A DNA stretch of 64,000 nucleotides from an uncultured Candidatus Saccharibacteria bacterium (lineage in GTDB: Bacteria; Patescibacteriota; Saccharimonadia; CAILAD01; BJGX01): assembly GCA_964637185.1 (NCBI GenBank), contig CAZWVB010000001.1, positions 160,972 to 224,971 of the forward strand, in the 5' to 3' direction. The notes beneath the pieces were generated by a model. It was given only the letters and a program-made list of their open reading frames with translations. It did no database searches and was not told the DNA's origin. This document shows positions 1 through 10,102 of this stretch, piece after piece. The translations under genes were made by a program, and so were the position numbers. Position 1 is the stretch's first letter. Every line of letters begins with the position of its first letter.

Positions 1-417
1 CCGTGCCCAGGTGAGTTTGGCCCAACAATTGGGTCCATCAGGATGAAAGTGGCTTACCCCGGCAGCGCCGCGATCCACCACGATCAGCTTCTTGGCATCC
101 TCTAAGGCCAGCTGTTGAGCGGCGGTTTCCAGCTCAATCATGCGTTTGAGCACGGCATCTTGCAAATGGTGGCGGTACCCCCGCCAGATACCAGCTGCGG
201 TATCATCTGCGCCCATCTGCTCGCACCAGTCAAGCAAACTCGGATCGGGGAGCGGTACCAGCTGTTCTGTTAGCACCTGGGTAGCTGCCTCGGGCACCGT
301 CAAGACATGGTCGTCGAATATCTCGGCAATGGCAGTCAAGATGGTGGACTTACCGGCACAAGGGCCGCTGTCTAGTACCACCATTGGAATCGGCAGTGTA
401 TCGGTAGTGACAAGCAT
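1..417 (-). CDS. P-loop NTPase, AAA_28-like ATPase/kinase (5' end complete, 3' end runs off window start)
   Basis: Reverse-strand translation from ATG (plus 415-417) reads MLVTTDTLPIPMVVLDSGPCAGKSTILTAIAEIFDDHVLTVPEAA... The Walker A motif is GPCAGKST. An AGGAGG Shine-Dalgarno lies about 5 nt upstream (reverse complement of plus 421-430). It is absent from the ORF track because the window edge truncates it. Confidence 0.6.
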   Translation of the reverse strand, partial: MLVTTDTLPIPMVVLDSGPCAGKSTILTAIAEIFDDHVLTVPEAATQVLTEQLVPLPDPSLLDWCEQMGADDTAAGIWRGYRHHLQDAVLKRMIELETAAQQLALEDAKKLIVVDRGAAGVSHFHPDGPNCWAKLTWAR

Positions 418-428
418 TCGTACCTCCT

Positions 429-527
429 AGTTGTCAAAGGACAACTTGAGCATAAAATTTGAGTCAAATAAAGTCAGTGCAGATATTGCTAAGTAATTAT
501 GCTTGACTCAAAAATAGTTGACTGAAA
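429..527. promoter_or_regulatory. Divergent intergenic region with a perfect 7-bp inverted repeat and repeated TTGAGTCAA/TTGACTCAA half-sites; candidate operator
   Basis: Seen directly in sequence: AGTTGTCaaagGACAACT at 429-446, TTTGAGTCAAA at 458-468, and CTTGACTCAAAAATAGTTGACT at 502-523. They sit between divergently oriented genes, one of which encodes an N-terminal wHTH. Confidence 0.35.
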
Positions 528-537
528 TGATAGGGCT

Positions 538-1206
538 ATGATGCATGTGATCCAAAAAGAAATTCTGGCCAAGCTAATCGCGGCTGATAGCCTGCGGTTT
601 TCGCAACTCAAACCCAAGCACTTGGAGAGCAATCACTTCATGTATCATCTGCGTGCGCTGATGCGCGAGGGATTGGTCGAGAAGCGAGCCGATGGACTGT
701 ACAGCCTCACTACACAAGGCAAGCTGTATGTCGATCAGGTGAGCTTGCGTACCCTCAAGACCCGTTTGCAGCCCAAGATTGTTACCTTGGTGGCAGTGCA
801 GAATAAGGAGGGCCAATGGCTGCTCTACCGACGCAAACATCAGCCACTGATCGGCCAAGTCGGATTCCCATATGGCAAATTGCACCTGGGTGAAACTGTA
901 GCTGAGGCTGCTGAGCGTGAGCTTATGGAAAAAACTGGGTTGAAATGTAAGCTTACTCATCGCGGCGATGGTTATATCATCATCAATGAAGGTAGTGAGC
1001 CAATCAGCCAGATATGTTTCCATTTGTTTTATGGTCGCAATCCTACCGGCGAGTTGCGTGAGGAGACTCCATACGGTGAGATGTTTTGGAGTGAAGAAGG
1101 TACGGATTTTTCCAAACCACCATATATGGTAAGTATGGTTGACCTTATCAAACAAATAGAGAAGCCAAGCAAAAACCGATTTTTTGTAGAATTAACCTAT
1201 AAATAG
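538..1206 (+). CDS. Winged-HTH / Nudix hydrolase fusion protein
   Basis: The N-terminal ~70 aa look like a MarR-type wHTH (ILAKLIAADSLRFSQL...YHLRALMREGLV). The C-terminal part carries a Nudix box, GKLHLGETVAEAAERELMEKTGL (GX5EX7REUXEEXGU pattern). Confidence 0.7.
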   Translation: MMHVIQKEILAKLIAADSLRFSQLKPKHLESNHFMYHLRALMREGLVEKRADGLYSLTTQGKLYVDQVSLRTLKTRLQPKIVTLVAVQNKEGQWLLYRRKHQPLIGQVGFPYGKLHLGETVAEAAERELMEKTGLKCKLTHRGDGYIIINEGSEPISQICFHLFYGRNPTGELREETPYGEMFWSEEGTDFSKPPYMVSMVDLIKQIEKPSKNRFFVELTYK

Positions 1207-1236
1207 CAGAGCGCCCGGCCGAAACCGGGCGCTCTG
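1207..1236. terminator. GC-rich hairpin between convergent genes (bidirectional terminator candidate)
   Basis: CAGAGCGCCCGG-ccgaaa-CCGGGCGCTCTG is a perfect 12-bp stem. It lies immediately after the stop at 1206 and before the minus-strand gene ending at 1266. Confidence 0.55.
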
Positions 1237-1265
1237 GGCGCGGTATCAACCGGGCGATGGGGTCG

Positions 1266-1562
1266 TCAGTTGGCGACGAGATCGGGCTGTGCCAGCAGCA
1301 ACTTGAGCTGCTCGCGGAAGGTCTTGTCTTCGCTCACCTCGAGTGTGATGTAGACGCGTTGTGCACAACCGCCAGCCTTGATGACGGCAGGGACGCGGCG
1401 TGCTTCTTCTTCGGCCGTGCCATGGCGGTACTCAACACGGGGTTTGCCGGAGGCGGCACCAGGCTGAAGTGCGCAGGTATGCACCTTGCGCACGAACGGG
1501 AGCGCTTCAAGTCGTTGGAACAACTTTTTGATCTCCTTGTTGGCGATGACGTGTTTGCCCAT
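1266..1562 (-). CDS. Hypothetical protein (98 aa), GC-rich islet
   Basis: ORF with a strong SD (AGGAGG, 5 nt spacing) upstream of the ATG at 1562. It sits in a GC-rich block distinct from the flanking DNA. No recognised motif. Confidence 0.5.
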   Translation of the reverse strand: MGKHVIANKEIKKLFQRLEALPFVRKVHTCALQPGAASGKPRVEYRHGTAEEEARRVPAVIKAGGCAQRVYITLEVSEDKTFREQLKLLLAQPDLVAN

Positions 1563-1602
1563 GGATTCCTCCTGATGGTTGATGGGCGGACCTGGATGAA
1601 CT

Positions 1603-2049
1603 TCAGGCCGACTTCTTGCGGCTCCAGCTGCCGATCACCAAGTCAGCTTCGTCGACCAGATGGCTCAGACAGAGCGGCTCGCCGAGCTGGCGCAGTTGCG
1701 GCAGCGTGATCTTGAGCTGACCGAGGGTGAGACGCAACCGTGGGTGCTGCAAGTTGCCGAGCAGCTCCAGCTGCCTGATCAGGGTCTCGTAGGCAACCTT
1801 GACGTTGCCGGGTATGTACTGCGAGCCACCAGTGTAGGCAGCCTTCTCCAGTAGGTCCTTGACCCAGGCTCGATGGGCTCGCTCGAGTACTCGGAAGCTA
1901 GTGTCGAGCTCAACAGGCTTGATATCACCTGCGTCGACCGCCAGCAACATGATGTTGTAGTGGTTGTCGAAGCCAGCTCTGTTGATTGCGTGGAACAAGG
2001 CCCGATATGCGGATTGCACCGCCAGCTTGTGGTATGCGTCGCTGGGCAT
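1603..2049 (-). CDS. Hypothetical protein (~148 aa), GC-rich islet
   Basis: The ORF track gives 1603..2055. The likely start is the second ATG (MPSDAYHK...) with AAGGAGG 9 nt upstream. No recognised domain. Confidence 0.5.
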   Translation of the reverse strand: MPSDAYHKLAVQSAYRALFHAINRAGFDNHYNIMLLAVDAGDIKPVELDTSFRVLERAHRAWVKDLLEKAAYTGGSQYIPGNVKVAYETLIRQLELLGNLQHPRLRLTLGQLKITLPQLRQLGEPLCLSHLVDEADLVIGSWSRKKSA

Positions 2050-2225
2050 ATGCATGCCTCCTTGTAGAATTGGTGGGACAGCGATCGGGAAGTATTCTAC
2101 AACTTCCAGATCAAAAAGTCAATAAAAACAAAAACGACCCACCCGGGGCCCCGGCTCGCTGTGTAGCGAATACCGGGACCCCAGACGGGCGGCACCCATT
2201 CCCCCGATTGGGCACCCTGGGTGAG

Positions 2226-2627
2226 CTAGCTCGCCATGGCAACGAACGGCAGTCGGTCGCTGATCCCGAAGTGATCCGCGAGCTCGTAGAGCTCCTCGAA
2301 GCTCGAGTCGAAGTCCTGCGGCGTCACGGCCAGCAGCCCGCCCCAGTTGGCCGACTCAGCGAGCTCCAGGCCGAGCATGCAGAGCACGCCGCGGCCGTTC
2401 ATGCGGTTGCAGAGCGCCTTATGCTTGATCGCCTGGAGCTTCGCTTCGTGGAAGCGGAGCTTTAGGACCTCGCGGATCCTCTTCTGGGTAGTACCAGCCT
2501 TGGGGGCGGTGATCTCACCGGCCTTGACGGCGCGGGCCAGCGGCATCACGAAGGTGGTGTCACCTTTGTTGACGCGTTCGCCCCAGAAGCGGAACTGCTC
2601 GGTTTTTTCCTTGCTGACTGCACTCAT
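2226..2627 (-). CDS. Hypothetical protein (~134 aa), GC-rich islet
   Basis: The ORF 2226..2696 contains an internal ATG at 2627 (MSAVSKEKTEQF...) preceded by GGGAGGAAACC, a good SD. The longer N-terminal extension lacks an SD. Confidence 0.5.
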   Translation of the reverse strand: MSAVSKEKTEQFRFWGERVNKGDTTFVMPLARAVKAGEITAPKAGTTQKRIREVLKLRFHEAKLQAIKHKALCNRMNGRGVLCMLGLELAESANWGGLLAVTPQDFDSSFEELYELADHFGISDRLPFVAMAS

Positions 2628-2716
2628 GGTTTCCTCCCTAGAAGAGTGCGTGAATATTGGTACAGCTAAGGCATATTTAACCAGTTCTAGGCACAAAAGT
2701 CAATTTGTGACTGGTA

Positions 2717-2745
2717 TTGTGATCTTACGTCAGATCGGCTATAAT
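2717..2745 (+). promoter_or_regulatory. Sigma70-like promoter upstream of fusA (-35 TTGTGA, 17-nt spacer, -10 TATAAT)
   Basis: TTGTGA at 2717-2722 and TATAAT at 2740-2745. The -10 is preceded by CAGATCGG, a variant of the recurrent CCAGATGG element. Confidence 0.5.
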
Positions 2746-2824
2746 AACTGTCAAACAGCCAGCTATGGCTGGGTTTTCATTACTTTAGAGCTCAACAAGC
2801 TAAGAAAGGACAGAGATCACACGT

Positions 2825-4942
2825 ATGGCACGTGAATATTCACTTGAGGTTACACGCAACATCGGCACCATTGCTCACATTGATGCTGGTAAGACTACAG
2901 TTACTGAGGGCATCCTGTATCGTACAGGTGTAGTACACAAGATAGGTGAAGTCCACGAGGGAGAAGCTACCATGGACTGGATGGAGCAAGAGCGCGAGCG
3001 CGGTATCACCATCACTAGTGCAGCTACGACTTGCTTCTGGAAAGACAGCCGCATCAACATCATTGACACCCCAGGTCACATCGACTTCACCGTCGAAGTA
3101 GAGCGCAGCTTGCGTGTACTAGACGGTGCTTGTGTTATCTTCGACGGCAAGATGGGTGTGGAGCCACAGTCCGAGACTGTCTGGCGTCAGGCCAACAAAT
3201 ATGGGGTGCCTCGTATCTGTTTTATCAACAAGATCAACCAGACTGGTGGTGACTTCTACAAGAGTCTCGAGAGTATACATGAGCGACTTAGCCGACATGC
3301 TTATCCTATCCATTTGCCGATTGGCTTTGAACAACAGATCAATGGTGTGATAGATCTGATAGACATGAAAGCCTATACCTATAGCGACTATGCCGACAAA
3401 GAATTGGTTGAAGGTGAGATACCAGAAGACATGCGTGAGAAAGCCGAGAAATATCGCAATCATTTGATCGAGGCTGCTCTTGAAGCCGATGACGCATTGC
3501 TAGAGAAGTATCTCGATGGCGGCGAGTTGACCAAAGAAGAAATCCAGGGCGTGATCCGCAAATCAGTTCTGCGCGGTGATTTCTTCATCGTATCCGGTGG
3601 TGATGGCCGTGGTGTGATTGTGGAGAAGCTGCTTGATCTGATAGTGGATTATCTACCAAGCCCGCTAGATATTGCTCCGCCTGTGGCTACTGACGCCAAG
3701 ACTGGTGAGGAGAAGGTCCTCACTGTCGGTGATGACCAGCCATTTGCCGGGCTGGCTTTCAAAATCGCCACCGACCCATTTGTGGGTAAGTTGTGCTTTT
3801 TCCGTGTCTATACCGGCACCCTCAAGTCAGGTAGCTATGTGATCAATGCAAGTACTGGCGAAAAAGAGCGCATCGGACGCATCGTCCGTATGCACGCCAA
3901 CAACCGCGAGGAGGTCGACGAAGTATATGCTGGCGAGATAGCCGCAGCCGTTGGGCTCAAAAACACAGTTACTGGCAATACTCTGTGTGATGACAAGCAA
4001 AGCGTGCTGCTTGAAAGCATTGAATTTCCTGAGCCAGTCATCAGTATCGCTGTGGAGCCTAAGACCAAAGCTGATCAAGAGAAGATGAGCTTGGCTCTCG
4101 CTAGGTTAGCTGAGGAAGATCCGACATTTCGTGTTCATACCGATGAAGAATCAGGTCAGACTATCATAGCTGGTATGGGTGAGCTGCATCTGGAAGTGCT
4201 GGTCGATCGTATGAAACGTGAATTCAAGGTTGAGGCCAATGTGGGTCGACCGCAAGTAGCCTTTCGCGAGACCATCAAGGGCACCGCGCAAGTCGAAGGC
4301 AAATTTGTTCGCCAATCCGGTGGTCGTGGTCAATATGGCCATGTCTGGCTCGAGCTAAGTCCTCTAGCAAAGACCGAAGAAGACGACAAGAACAAAATAT
4401 TTGAATTTGAAAACGCTATCGTCGGTGGCGCTGTACCTCGCGAATACATTGCCCCTGTCGAAGCTGGCGTCAAAGAAGCTATGCAAAACGGTGTGATTGC
4501 CGGCTATCCAGTGGTGGATGTGCACTGCAAACTCTATGATGGTAGCTACCATGAAGTTGATAGTAGTGAGGTAGCCTTCAAAATAGCAGGCTCGATGGCC
4601 CTGCAAGAGGGTGTGCGCAAGGCTACGCCGGTCATCATGGAACCAACCATGAAAGTAGAGGTCACCACACCTGAAGAATTCATGGGTGATGTGATAGGCG
4701 ATATCAATGCCAAGCGCGGCCGGGTTGAAAATATGGAAGATCGATCTGGCGCCAAGCATATTTTGGCTTTTGTGCCGCTGGCTGAGATGTTTGGCTATGC
4801 TACCAGCCTGCGCAGTATGACCCAGGGACGTGCCGCCTATGCCATGGAATTCGATCACTATGCCGAAGTACCAGGACAAGTTGCTGAAGAGCTCAAAGGC
4901 AAATACACCGCCGCTCGTGAAGCTGGCGAAAGTACCAAGTAG
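2825..4942 (+). CDS. fusA: Translation elongation factor G
   Basis: 705 aa. G-domain motifs [17 protein letters not shown] and NKID, with the typical EF-G domains II-V. Confidence 0.97.
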   Translation: MAREYSLEVTRNIGTIAHIDAGKTTVTEGILYRTGVVHKIGEVHEGEATMDWMEQERERGITITSAATTCFWKDSRINIIDTPGHIDFTVEVERSLRVLDGACVIFDGKMGVEPQSETVWRQANKYGVPRICFINKINQTGGDFYKSLESIHERLSRHAYPIHLPIGFEQQINGVIDLIDMKAYTYSDYADKELVEGEIPEDMREKAEKYRNHLIEAALEADDALLEKYLDGGELTKEEIQGVIRKSVLRGDFFIVSGGDGRGVIVEKLLDLIVDYLPSPLDIAPPVATDAKTGEEKVLTVGDDQPFAGLAFKIATDPFVGKLCFFRVYTGTLKSGSYVINASTGEKERIGRIVRMHANNREEVDEVYAGEIAAAVGLKNTVTGNTLCDDKQSVLLESIEFPEPVISIAVEPKTKADQEKMSLALARLAEEDPTFRVHTDEESGQTIIAGMGELHLEVLVDRMKREFKVEANVGRPQVAFRETIKGTAQVEGKFVRQSGGRGQYGHVWLELSPLAKTEEDDKNKIFEFENAIVGGAVPREYIAPVEAGVKEAMQNGVIAGYPVVDVHCKLYDGSYHEVDSSEVAFKIAGSMALQEGVRKATPVIMEPTMKVEVTTPEEFMGDVIGDINAKRGRVENMEDRSGAKHILAFVPLAEMFGYATSLRSMTQGRAAYAMEFDHYAEVPGQVAEELKGKYTAAREAGESTK

Positions 4943-4964
4943 TACTAGCTCAACTTAACTTACA

Positions 4965-4990
4965 AAAAGAGCCTTACTAGGCTCTTTTTG
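4965..4990 (+). terminator. Rho-independent terminator after fusA
   Basis: AAAAGAGCC-ttactag-GGCTCTTTTTG: a stem followed by a T-run. Confidence 0.7.
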
Positions 4991-5097
4991 TTTATGCTTG
5001 AAATTATCGAGAAATAGTGTATGATATCGCTACCATCCTGGGTTGGTGCAAAGGGATGCGGGCGGAGGCCCAACCCTACAACACCAGGAGGTGCAAA

Positions 5098-5303
5098 TGC
5101 CAGACGAAGACGAGCTGAGCAGCTCAAGCCACCACGTCTACGATGAGGTGGCGCCACTGATCCGCCGGCGCAAACCGACTGATCAGGAAGTAGCAGGCCA
5201 TCCCACCACCGGTGATTCGGTGGACGAGGCCACGCTACGAGCAGTTCGTGATCGACTGGAAAAGGAGCAAGGGGAAACTTCCGAACCTCCCCAAGCCAGC
5301 TGA
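5098..5303 (+). CDS. Hypothetical small acidic protein (~68 aa), GC-rich islet between fusA and tuf
   Basis: ATG at 5098 (MPDEDELSSSSHH...) lies within ORF 5043..5303 and is preceded by GGAGG. The DNA is GC-rich relative to fusA and tuf. Confidence 0.4.
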
Positions 5304-5393
5304 TCACCAAGTCTGGTTGGCGGCTCTGGTGCACAAATGCCAGGGCCGCCGCCAGCGAATTCTTTCCAACCGCTGATCCAATAGGGAGGAACC

Positions 5394-5699
5394 ATGGGCA
5401 GCAAGCTCATGCAAGTACTACTGGCGCTCTACCAAGTTGTGATCATGCTCTTGGTGTCACTGGCTCTCGTGATCGGCAGCTTTGGCAGCCTGCTGAGTGG
5501 CGATTGGGGCTACGTGCTCTGGAGCATGCTGTCCGCACCGCTCGGGTTCGGGCTAGCCATGGGTCTGCCGCTGTTGTGGGCCTGGGGCTACCAGCACACC
5601 CGCACCATCATCCACAAGCTGCGTGTCTACCATGGGGGTCGGCGCGACATAGTCACGTTGGTGCACAACAGCGAGCAAGATGATCGGAGTCAGGTATGA
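5394..5699 (+). CDS. Hypothetical membrane protein (101 aa, 3 predicted TM)
   Basis: SD GGGAGG precedes the ATG. Hydrophobic segments: LLALYQVVIMLLVSLALVIGSF and LGFGLAMGLPLLWAWGY. Confidence 0.5.
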   Translation: MGSKLMQVLLALYQVVIMLLVSLALVIGSFGSLLSGDWGYVLWSMLSAPLGFGLAMGLPLLWAWGYQHTRTIIHKLRVYHGGRRDIVTLVHNSEQDDRSQV

Positions 5700-6022
5700 A
5701 CGACGCCGGTTGGTGCTACCAAACAGGCCGAGCGGGCTTGGCAGCCTATCTCGGCTGTCATGGTCTGGCGCGCTCACTATGGTTTCAGGTGACGTGGTGC
5801 CATATGACATTCATCGGTATTGGCGTGTTGATCGGTATGGGGCCAGACAGAGACAATGCCCTGAGCATTCTCATCGGATCCCTGCTGGCCAGTCTTGTCA
5901 TCTATCTAGGCATCTGGCTATGGAGTGTTCGGGCAGCCGCACTGGCGCGCTACCGCATTCAGCAAGATATCCAGCTAGCGGTGAACCGCATCATCTTCGA
6001 GGCTGGCGAGGAGGGTGGGTGA
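5696..6022 (+). CDS. Hypothetical membrane protein (108 aa)
   Basis: Start overlaps the previous stop (ATGA), which suggests translational coupling. Two hydrophobic helices. GC-rich. Confidence 0.45.
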   Translation: MNDAGWCYQTGRAGLAAYLGCHGLARSLWFQVTWCHMTFIGIGVLIGMGPDRDNALSILIGSLLASLVIYLGIWLWSVRAAALARYRIQQDIQLAVNRIIFEAGEEGG

Positions 6023-6077
6023 TCTCGGGATAAGTTTCGGGATCACCACCACGCAATTATTATTGCCGACAAAAGGC

Positions 6078-6106
6078 TTTACAAACCAGGGTAAAATCCC
6101 TATAAT
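6078..6106 (+). promoter_or_regulatory. Sigma70-like promoter upstream of tuf (-35 TTTACA, 17 nt spacer, -10 TATAAT)
   Basis: TTTACA at 6078-6083 and TATAAT at 6101-6106. A hairpin ACTGGC...GCCAGT at 6123-6146 lies in the leader. Confidence 0.5.
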
Positions 6107-6189
6107 TAGTCTCGTCTCAAAAACTGGCGTTTTTTGTATTGCCAGTTTTTCAACTACGAGCACAATAGTAATAATAACTAGGAGAAGAC

Positions 6190-7368
<1,179 letters not shown>

Positions 7369-7380
7369 CCCTAGAGGTAT

Positions 7381-7704
7381 ATGATGGCAGACGCACCTTC
7401 CAAACCACGCATTCGCATCAAACTCAAGGCCTATGACAACAAGGTCATCGACCAGTCGGCCAAACAGATCATCGACACGGCTATCCGCACTGGCGCCCAA
7501 GTAGCCGGGCCAGTGCCGTTGCCAACCGATAAGAAGAAGGTGACTGTACTATCGAGCCCGCATGTCTACAAGGACGCTCGCGAGCAGTTTGAGATGCGTA
7601 CGCACAAGCGGCTGATAGACATCACCGAGCCGACTCCCAAAACAGTCGACAACCTGATGAACCTCAGCCTGCCAGCCGGCGTGGACATCGAAATCAAGAT
7701 GTAA
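7381..7704 (+). CDS. rpsJ: 30S ribosomal protein S10
   Basis: 107 aa with a typical S10 sequence ([21 protein letters not shown]...). Confidence 0.95.
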   Translation: MMADAPSKPRIRIKLKAYDNKVIDQSAKQIIDTAIRTGAQVAGPVPLPTDKKKVTVLSSPHVYKDAREQFEMRTHKRLIDITEPTPKTVDNLMNLSLPAGVDIEIKM

Positions 7705-7744
7705 AACAAGTGTCATCTCGAGCTTGTAGAGAGATCTAAAACTA

Positions 7745-7771
7745 AAAAAGCCCCGAGTTCGGGGCTTTTTT
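7745..7771. terminator. Bidirectional rho-independent terminator (after rpsJ, and after the convergent minus-strand gene)
   Basis: AAAAAAGCCCCG-agtt-CGGGGCTTTTTT: a perfect stem with A/T runs on both sides. Confidence 0.75.
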
Positions 7772-7782
7772 AGTTCTGCTAA

Positions 7783-8247
7783 TTAGTTAGTATCTTCATC
7801 TTCAAGTTCCCCCATATGTCTGAAACTAGCGAATTCATCATCTGCCGCACCACTTTCGGCTGCAGCCATTCGAAGTGCCTCATCTAAAGCATGCATACCT
7901 AGGACGTTTTCAAAACCTTTAGCACGTTTGTGACGAGTTGCGGGATCGCTATAAGGAATATCTTGGGCATTCAAAGCGTTGTAAATTTTAGCTAGCCTTT
8001 TATCCATTTCTGCAAGTAGTATTAGGTTTTCTCTTGCTGGCCGGTCTGAATGCTCTAGATCATTTTTCAACTTTTCTTTTATTTTATTAACATTATTTCC
8101 ATCTATAAGCAAAGCTTCTATTTCCTCATCCGATACTCCAAAATCATCTTCGGTAGTTTCTAGCTCGCTAGGGTTTACGGCCGGTTTGAAATCCTCTGCT
8201 GGCTTGTCGCCAGGCGTTGGCTCATGTGGTGTCATAATATCCTCCAA
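7783..8247 (-). CDS. Hypothetical highly acidic protein (154 aa), AT-rich
   Basis: ORF on the opposite strand inserted between rpsJ and rplC. Very acidic termini (ELEDEDTN, DDFGVSDEEIEALL). No recognised domain. Confidence 0.5.
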   Translation of the reverse strand: MEDIMTPHEPTPGDKPAEDFKPAVNPSELETTEDDFGVSDEEIEALLIDGNNVNKIKEKLKNDLEHSDRPARENLILLAEMDKRLAKIYNALNAQDIPYSDPATRHKRAKGFENVLGMHALDEALRMAAAESGAADDEFASFRHMGELEDEDTN

Positions 8248-8313
8248 TAGTTATTATTACTTCTAATACTACAGATTTGCCAAAAAAAACAACTTGTTTG
8301 CTACAATCGAGTT

Positions 8314-8649
8314 ATGAAGCACCGTTTGGTTTTTCGGGCTGGGGACAAGGCTGAGTTTCAGACTATCGTGGATGGTCGCAAGTTGGTTGAGACTCGAGCC
8401 GCTACACCCAAGTATCGCAAAGTTGAGGTGGGCGACACACTAGTGATCAGTTGTGGAGGCGAGCAGGTAGAGAAAGAGGTACGGCACGTATCCATCTACG
8501 ACTCTATCGATAGCTTGCTGGCCAATGAAAACTTACACGACGTGATGCCGCTGGTAGCAGACGAAGCCGAGGCGCGCAAGGTTTGGCGTTCATATCCAGG
8601 CTACGACGAAAAAATTGCCAAATACGGAATTGTGGCTTGGCAGATCTAA
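8314..8649 (+). CDS. ASCH domain (PUA-like) protein
   Basis: 111 aa. The pattern F...G.K..E.R......KY....GD.L is typical of ASC-1 homology domain proteins. Confidence 0.55.
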   Translation: MKHRLVFRAGDKAEFQTIVDGRKLVETRAATPKYRKVEVGDTLVISCGGEQVEKEVRHVSIYDSIDSLLANENLHDVMPLVADEAEARKVWRSYPGYDEKIAKYGIVAWQI

Positions 8650-8689
8650 AACTTGGACTATAATGCAAATTAGCTCAACTTAAAAGGGG

Positions 8690-9205
8690 GTGAGCATGAA
8701 TCTTACAGAGTTCAAATCCACGGTACCACATCCACTGCGGGTGGTAACCATTGTGCTAATGCATCGCAACGGACATGTGGTGCTCGGCATGAAGAAGCAA
8801 GGCTTCGGAGCCGGCAAATGGAACGGTTTTGGCGGCAAACCGAAGGAGGGCGAGTCTGTCTGGAAGTGCGCCTACCGTGAGGCAGAAGAAGAGTCTACCG
8901 TACGGCTCAATGCCATGCGCCGTGTGGCCTATCTCAACTTCTACTTCCGTGACATCCCGATCGATCAGGGCTGGAACCAACAAGCACAGGTATTCATCTC
9001 AGACAACTGGTCTGGAACACCAACCGAGACTGACGAGATGCGGCCGCAGCTGTTTGGTATGGACGATCTGCCACTCGACGACATGTGGCCATTCGACCGT
9101 GAGTGGGTGCCCCGAGTCCTTGCTGGCGAACGGCTGGTAGGGGATTTCTTGTTCGCAGGCGAAGGTGAGCCAGTTGAGCGTCGGTTCTTGCCGTACCCTG
9201 AGTAA
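8690..9205 (+). CDS. Nudix hydrolase, MutT/MTH1 (NUDT1)-like 8-oxo-dGTP diphosphatase
   Basis: LGMKKQGFGAGKWNGFGGKPKEGESVWKCAYREAEEES closely parallels MTH1's [38 protein letters not shown]. The downstream ...GTPTETDEMRPQLF...MWP... segments also match. The start may be the ATG at 8696, which has a better SD. Confidence 0.75.
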   Translation: MSMNLTEFKSTVPHPLRVVTIVLMHRNGHVVLGMKKQGFGAGKWNGFGGKPKEGESVWKCAYREAEEESTVRLNAMRRVAYLNFYFRDIPIDQGWNQQAQVFISDNWSGTPTETDEMRPQLFGMDDLPLDDMWPFDREWVPRVLAGERLVGDFLFAGEGEPVERRFLPYPE

Positions 9206-9307
9206 TTGGGATACGGCGGGAACCAACCGCTTTGCATTCACATTGAATACATACTACAATCAAGATAAGCAAAACAATTTAACCTATTAATAGGAGATAT
9301 CTCAACA

Positions 9308-9832
9308 ATGGACGAACAGAAGAAAACAACTGACAGTGTAGACAAGGCCGCCAGCGCAGCTGACAAGGTAGCCTCGGCTACTCATAGCACACAAGCCAAG
9401 GGCATCATGGACAGCCTAGACAAGATCTTTGGTGATCGTGGCCCAGTACAGCTACCGGTAGCTGCCAAAGACTGGATTGCCCAGTACGCTTGGATATTTG
9501 TACTGATAGGGGTGATTATCCGCGGTCTAGGCATCTTAGCACTGCTCGGCTTGGGCTTTGCCTTCTCAGGACTAGCTGCAGCTACAGGAACATTTAGCTT
9601 TTTCAGCGCAGTAGGCTTGGGCTTGCTCTTCTTGATCGGTGAAGGTCTGCTGCTGCTAATCTCTATACCAGGTGTGAAGGCCCGTAAGATGAGTGGTTGG
9701 ACACTAGTGTTCTATGCCGAAGTGTTGGCTATCATCGGCAACTTACTGAGCCTCAACATCATTGGCGCTTTGATCTCAGCTTTGATTGGATTCTTTTTCC
9801 TCTTCCAGATCCGCTCCCGCTTCAGTAAATAA
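9308..9832 (+). CDS. Hypothetical membrane protein (174 aa, 4 TM)
   Basis: SD AGGAG upstream. Hydrophilic N-terminus followed by glycine-rich hydrophobic helices. Confidence 0.55.
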   Translation: MDEQKKTTDSVDKAASAADKVASATHSTQAKGIMDSLDKIFGDRGPVQLPVAAKDWIAQYAWIFVLIGVIIRGLGILALLGLGFAFSGLAAATGTFSFFSAVGLGLLFLIGEGLLLLISIPGVKARKMSGWTLVFYAEVLAIIGNLLSLNIIGALISALIGFFFLFQIRSRFSK

Positions 9833-9836
9833 ATAC

Positions 9837-10100
9837 TTGACGAATACCTTCGTCAAAACCTCCAGTCCGCACTCGATGTACGCTAAGTACACCTCGTTTG
9901 CGGGCTTCGGTTTTTCCTTGATCTTCACGCAAGCATTTATTTACTAAAAAGTCACAATCAGTCAGCTTTCCTTGTTTTACTACGCTGCTTGTATCTGAGC
10001 CCGTGCGACACGGTTTTGCCATCTTTTGCCAAGACAAAAGATGGTAGTCCGTAAGGACTATATCCTTAAAAATATGCATAGAACAAATGGTACAATATAG
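9837..10100. other. Structured non-coding interval (~260 bp) with several hairpins; possible sRNA or leader
   Basis: No convincing ORF. Hairpins: GACGAAtaccTTCGTC (9839-9854), CCATCTTTTGccaagacAAAAGATGG (10018-10043), TAGTCCgtaaGGACTA (10044-10059). Confidence 0.2.
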
Positions 10101-10102
10101 CT

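Noticed and set aside
574-1155. 193-aa ORF antisense to the wHTH-Nudix gene
   Set aside because: It is fully embedded in the opposite strand of a gene with recognisable domains. It has no SD and its composition is typical of a shadow ORF.
1257-2465. Plus-strand ORFs (1257..1709, 1660..1854, 1986..2465) in the GC-rich islet
   Set aside because: The minus-strand ORFs in the same region each have a strong AGGAGG-type SD at the right spacing and tile the region without gaps. The plus-strand ORFs lack SDs and overlap them. This is GC-rich DNA with long open frames on both strands.
4364-4879. 171-aa ORF antisense inside fusA, and similar antisense ORFs inside tuf (6193..6543), rpoA and other conserved genes
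   Set aside because: These are shadow ORFs within highly conserved genes on the opposite strand.
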